DNA of 64,000 bases from Camelus dromedarius (lineage: Eukaryota), in NCBI RefSeq assembly GCF_036321535.1, contig NC_087437.1, positions 16,618,001 through 16,682,000 on the forward strand. The letters run 5' to 3'. Below, one piece after another: positions 60,159-64,000 of the stretch. The notes beneath the pieces were generated by a model. The model saw only the letters and a program-made list of their open reading frames with translations. It was not told where the DNA came from and made no database searches. The number at the start of each line of letters is the position of its first letter. The stretch's first letter is position 1. Both the position numbers and the translations under genes were made by a program.

Positions 60159-61148
60159 ACCAGATAGTAATGGATGGAGAAACCAGTGAGGCAATAGCTG
60201 GAAATTACTTATGGCTTTCTTGAGTAGAAAATAAAAAAGACTTCTTGAAAAAAAATAATTTCAAGAACCCTCTTTTTACTATTTTCTGTCTCTCAGAATC
60301 CTGAGGCATTTGTCTCACTTCATTGTTACAAGAAACTGGCAAAGTGGTGGCCATCGTGATCTCTGTCAAGGATCCCCAAACCTTTCAGGTTACAGTCCTT
60401 GAAGGGTCTTAGTCTTCAGAATAGCTTCCAGCCGAGAAAAGACAATTGCTCCCACCTTGGAGGTCCTTTCCCATCGTAGCAGTAACTACCAGCAATTTCC
60501 AGCACTCTTTCTGGGTTAGCCAGTGCTGAGTTAGATATTAAGTCCTGATAAGGACAACCTGGCCTGGAGGCTGTTAATTAATGAACAACTTTGTGTGCAA
60601 ACTAAGCTACTCAGCTTCAGTTAGCAAATTCCAGTAAGAAAATGAAGTGAATGGAAAAATACTTCCTTCCAGTTAGGTGAAAAGAGACACTGAGCTTTCA
60701 AGCCCTAAACAAAGGGCTGCTTTGTGTCTGTCCTCCCAGAGAGAAAGGAGGAAGATATCTGAGCTAGGAGTTCAGAGAAAGAGAGAGAGCAGAGGGAGGT
60801 TCTGTTACCCAAAGGGAGTGAATGAAGGACAAGCTGATGCATTTTTCAAGAACAAGCACACAGGTGGTCTGGGAAGTCCCCTTGAGAAAAGTCACTCAGG
60901 GGGTCACAATGTTGAGAACGTGTGAGAACCAAGCCCTAGTTGAGAAGGTCACGGGAGCAGCCAAAGCTGGCTACTTACCTCTCCTCTGCCCATCATGTCA
61001 GGAACCACTTAAAATGTACCTGTAGGTTCAGCCCCATTGCAGATGCTGGGAGCGAGCTGTCTTTCAACAGAAGCAATAAAAACAGATGTGCAAGGAAAAT
61101 CTTCTATCCAGTTTGCTCCAGAATTCCTCTTAGAGAAGGAACTATCTT

Positions 61149-61320
61149 TGGGGGGGGGGGGTATAGCTCAAGTGGTAGAGCACATACATGCTTAGCAGGA
61201 GGTCCTGGGTTCAATCCCCAGTACCTCCTCTTAAAATTAACCAAATTACCTCCCTCCCCTGCCAAGATAAAATAATTAAATAATGCAATAGTAAATAAAA
61301 TATATGTTCTTTGAAAAAGA
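61149..61320 (+). mobile_element. tRNA-Ala-derived SINE (Vic-1-like), long form, exact 15-bp TSD
   Basis: TSD agaaggaactatctt at 61134-61148 and 61321-61335. A box tagctcaagtgg, B box gggttcaatccc, extension aattacctccc. Confidence 0.92.
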
Positions 61321-62559
61321 AGAAGGAACTATCTTGTTTAGGAAAATACCTGGAGAAGCCAAGTGGGAGTAGAGGGTGAGTCCTGGGACAGGGGTTGTCA
61401 GGAGTTACCAGGAAACAGATAAATCTCTCTGCTTTAAAAAATGCAGAGGAACTTGGAGTGAGATAGAGTGAAAGAGGAAAGAGATGGGGGAGAGAGGCAA
61501 GGAGAAAAAGAATTAGGCAACATGGTGGAAGTCTGGAATCTGGGAGCTGGCAAAAATAACCAAGGGGATTTTTTAAAACAGGCCTATCTGCTATTAACTC
61601 TGTATCATCCACTGTCTAGTGCTCATCTGTGGCCCCCACCAGCAGGAGCTCTACAACATGCTGCTAACTTCTGCCAGCGGTGCTCTAGGAGGAAACCAGG
61701 GAGAAGGAGTTAGGTCCTGTGATTGGGTCCCCTTAGGGGTGAAGAAGAACTCAGCCCAAGTTGGGAATCACAGCAGGAGGGGCTGTGCACAAGCCTGAGG
61801 AGGGCACTGTACTTTCCTGAGGATCGGAGCCAGTCCTGATAGCTACTGAGGGCAGGGTGACCAGGGGGACTACAGCTGACATCCGAGTTACGGAAAGGTT
61901 AGATCAGCCACTCACTGATTCAGCACTGCACTCATCTTGCTGCTTTTCCTGTCTTAATTTAGTGTCAGTTTTCCCAAAAACCTGAGTTTACAGTTTTTCC
62001 CTCTTGGATCAAGTTCTCAGCTTCTTATCTAGGGTGAGGTGTGGTCACCCTAGCAATGGGAAGTGGTGTTGCGAAGACTCACTGTCATCATGATTAAGAT
62101 TCTTGGGGGCAGCTTTATCTTCTGGTCACTCGGTCAAGTTGGGTTAGCCAGGAATTTAGGTGTTGATTTCTTACCTCTTTTAAACTTGAAGACTATGGCT
62201 GAGGCCCAGTGCTTCCAGGGGGACACAAGGGATGAGGGAGTGTCACCAACATGAGGAGAGGCTTAGCTGATTTACCAGGAGCCAAGATTAGAGGCACTTC
62301 CCCAGAAGGCCTGGGAGCATGTATTGTTCCGTTCCTTTGATTCAGGTCTAACAATTCCACCCTCTTGAACAGAGGCTGGTTCATGCTGAAACACAAACAA
62401 ACTTACAGTCATGTTGCAACACTTTGGTGCCCTGGGCAGAGGCCTCTCATTGCTGACAAGACCATAAGAGTAGGCAACACCTAGCCTCAGACGCTACCCG
62501 GCACCCTCTCTGCATGGGCTTAGAAACCTCTTATGCCAGAGGCCCAAACAGACCCTCCA

Positions 62560-63400
62560 GACTAGTTAATTCTGCTTTACCTACCTCCCCTCTACTGGCA
62601 AGCTTTGCTTCCACCCTGAGTACTAAGCCCCTCTAATGGCCTGGCTTTTCCTGTTACTATTACCTCCATCCTCCCCTTGGCTCATCCTCTTACCATTCCC
62701 TCCCCCACAACCCAATGGTTTCTACTCACCCTCTGGGGTCCGTATCCACTCACCAACTCCCTTCTCTGCAATACAAGACTTTCCTCTGGCTCTTTTTCCC
62801 TCCTGCCCTAACTGAAACACAGACTTGTTGAAGGATACAGGCTTTCCTGCAGCTCCCCAGGAGTAAGGGTATTCATTCTTCCATTCTTCACACACCCCAT
62901 GGCTTTTTGGGAAAAGGAATATATTTATTCTTCTGGCTCCATTTTACTATATCCAAACACTTATTCTTCACTGAGTTGTAGAAACTCTCTACCCTTCATT
63001 GTGCCCATCAATCATGGTCATCTAGCCTTTTCTTGGTCACTCACTCCACATTCACTGGGCCTCAGTCTAACTCTCTTCCCCTTGTCTTGCCAAGGCTACA
63101 GGTGACTTTCTCTTGCTCTCCACTTCACCAGCCACTCCTGTGGCTTCACCCTGAACAAAACCACTACCCAGAGCTATTTCAGTTTTGCCAACCTAAATCC
63201 TAATATCCCACCAAAACCCACAATCAGTCCATTTTCCTGCTCTCTCCTTTAAGAAAAACAAACAAAAACAACTACTCTTTGACCTCCTTTAGGGTGCTAA
63301 TCCTCAGGTCCCACTATTTTATTATATTCTAGCTCCCTCTATTTTCATCATCTCACCTTCTTGGGCACTATGTGCTATCCATTAAACCAGTGTTTTACCA
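62560..63400 (+). mobile_element. Possible highly decayed LINE-2 ORF region
   Basis: Pyrimidine-rich block with weak L2-like phrases (ggtcactcactccacattcact, ggtgacttt, ccagccactcctgtggcttcaccctg). Confidence 0.3.
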
Positions 63401-64000
63401 CTAACTCTTATTGATCCATTCAGAGATAGAAGCCCCTGAGAATAGGTAACCTTATTTGTAAATGAAACACTAAAAACAACAAACAGTGTTTAACGTAAAA
63501 TAAATATTAATCAAATAACACTTCTACTAGCATTGACGTTGTCCAGATAATCTTAAGACTTTCCACAGGACTCTGGCTAATATTTAATGACATCAGATGT
63601 CTATAGGTAAACTCTGCTTGGACTTAAATAGAGCCACCCCAAATAAATAAATTAAGTAAATAGAGCAAATCCTCCTCCCAGTTGGATTTTTGAGCAGTGT
63701 TGGAGCAGTAGAATTTAGAGGATTCTATCCAGGAATAATTTAAAATTCTATTATCCAACAAATGTTTCTCCTCTCCGCACTAGCTGGATGCCTTGACTTT
63801 TTTAAAAAAGCATCATAATATCTTCAGGGAATTATCTCTGTTTCAACCTAACTCTCCATCCATCTTATATCATGTTTCTTCTCTCATCATAACGTAGAAA
63901 TAGATCTTAATGTCTAACTAGAAAAAGTCACTTATAACCAATATTCTTGCCAGAATGTATTAATACTAACTTTCAAATCAAGTCTCTGCAGGAAGCCTTG

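Noticed and set aside
1..64000. Host gene or locus identity
   Set aside because: No exon recognised and L1 copies occur in both orientations, so the gene and transcription direction cannot be assigned without alignment.

Overview
Mammalian non-coding DNA (intronic or intergenic), most likely from a camelid: six tRNA-Ala(AGC)-derived SINEs resemble the camelid Vic-1-type SINE, recognised from memory. I found no intact protein-coding gene, true tRNA/rRNA gene, CpG island or CRISPR array. The ORFs that I recognise are decayed LINE-1 ORF2 remnants and the rest look like chance ORFs. Much of the window is interspersed repeat: old and young LINE-1 (including a ~4.3 kb copy covering almost all of ORF2), LINE-2, MIR, hAT-type DNA transposons (MER5, MER3, MER53, Charlie-like), MaLR LTRs and one solo ERV1-type LTR with a 4-bp target-site duplication (TSD). 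Between the repeats lie repeat-free, homeobox-motif-rich blocks that may be conserved enhancers, but conservation cannot be shown without alignments. The most interesting structures are (i) an ~830-bp polyadenylated retro-insertion with an exact 18-bp TSD, built from out-of-order antisense L1 pieces and non-L1 sequence (25258-26122), and (ii) an apparent ~0.8-kb micro-inversion that splits one L2 element (56976-57770). The sequence does not support a new protein-encoding system. Repeat family names come from recalled consensus sequences. Boundaries are approximate unless a TSD is given.
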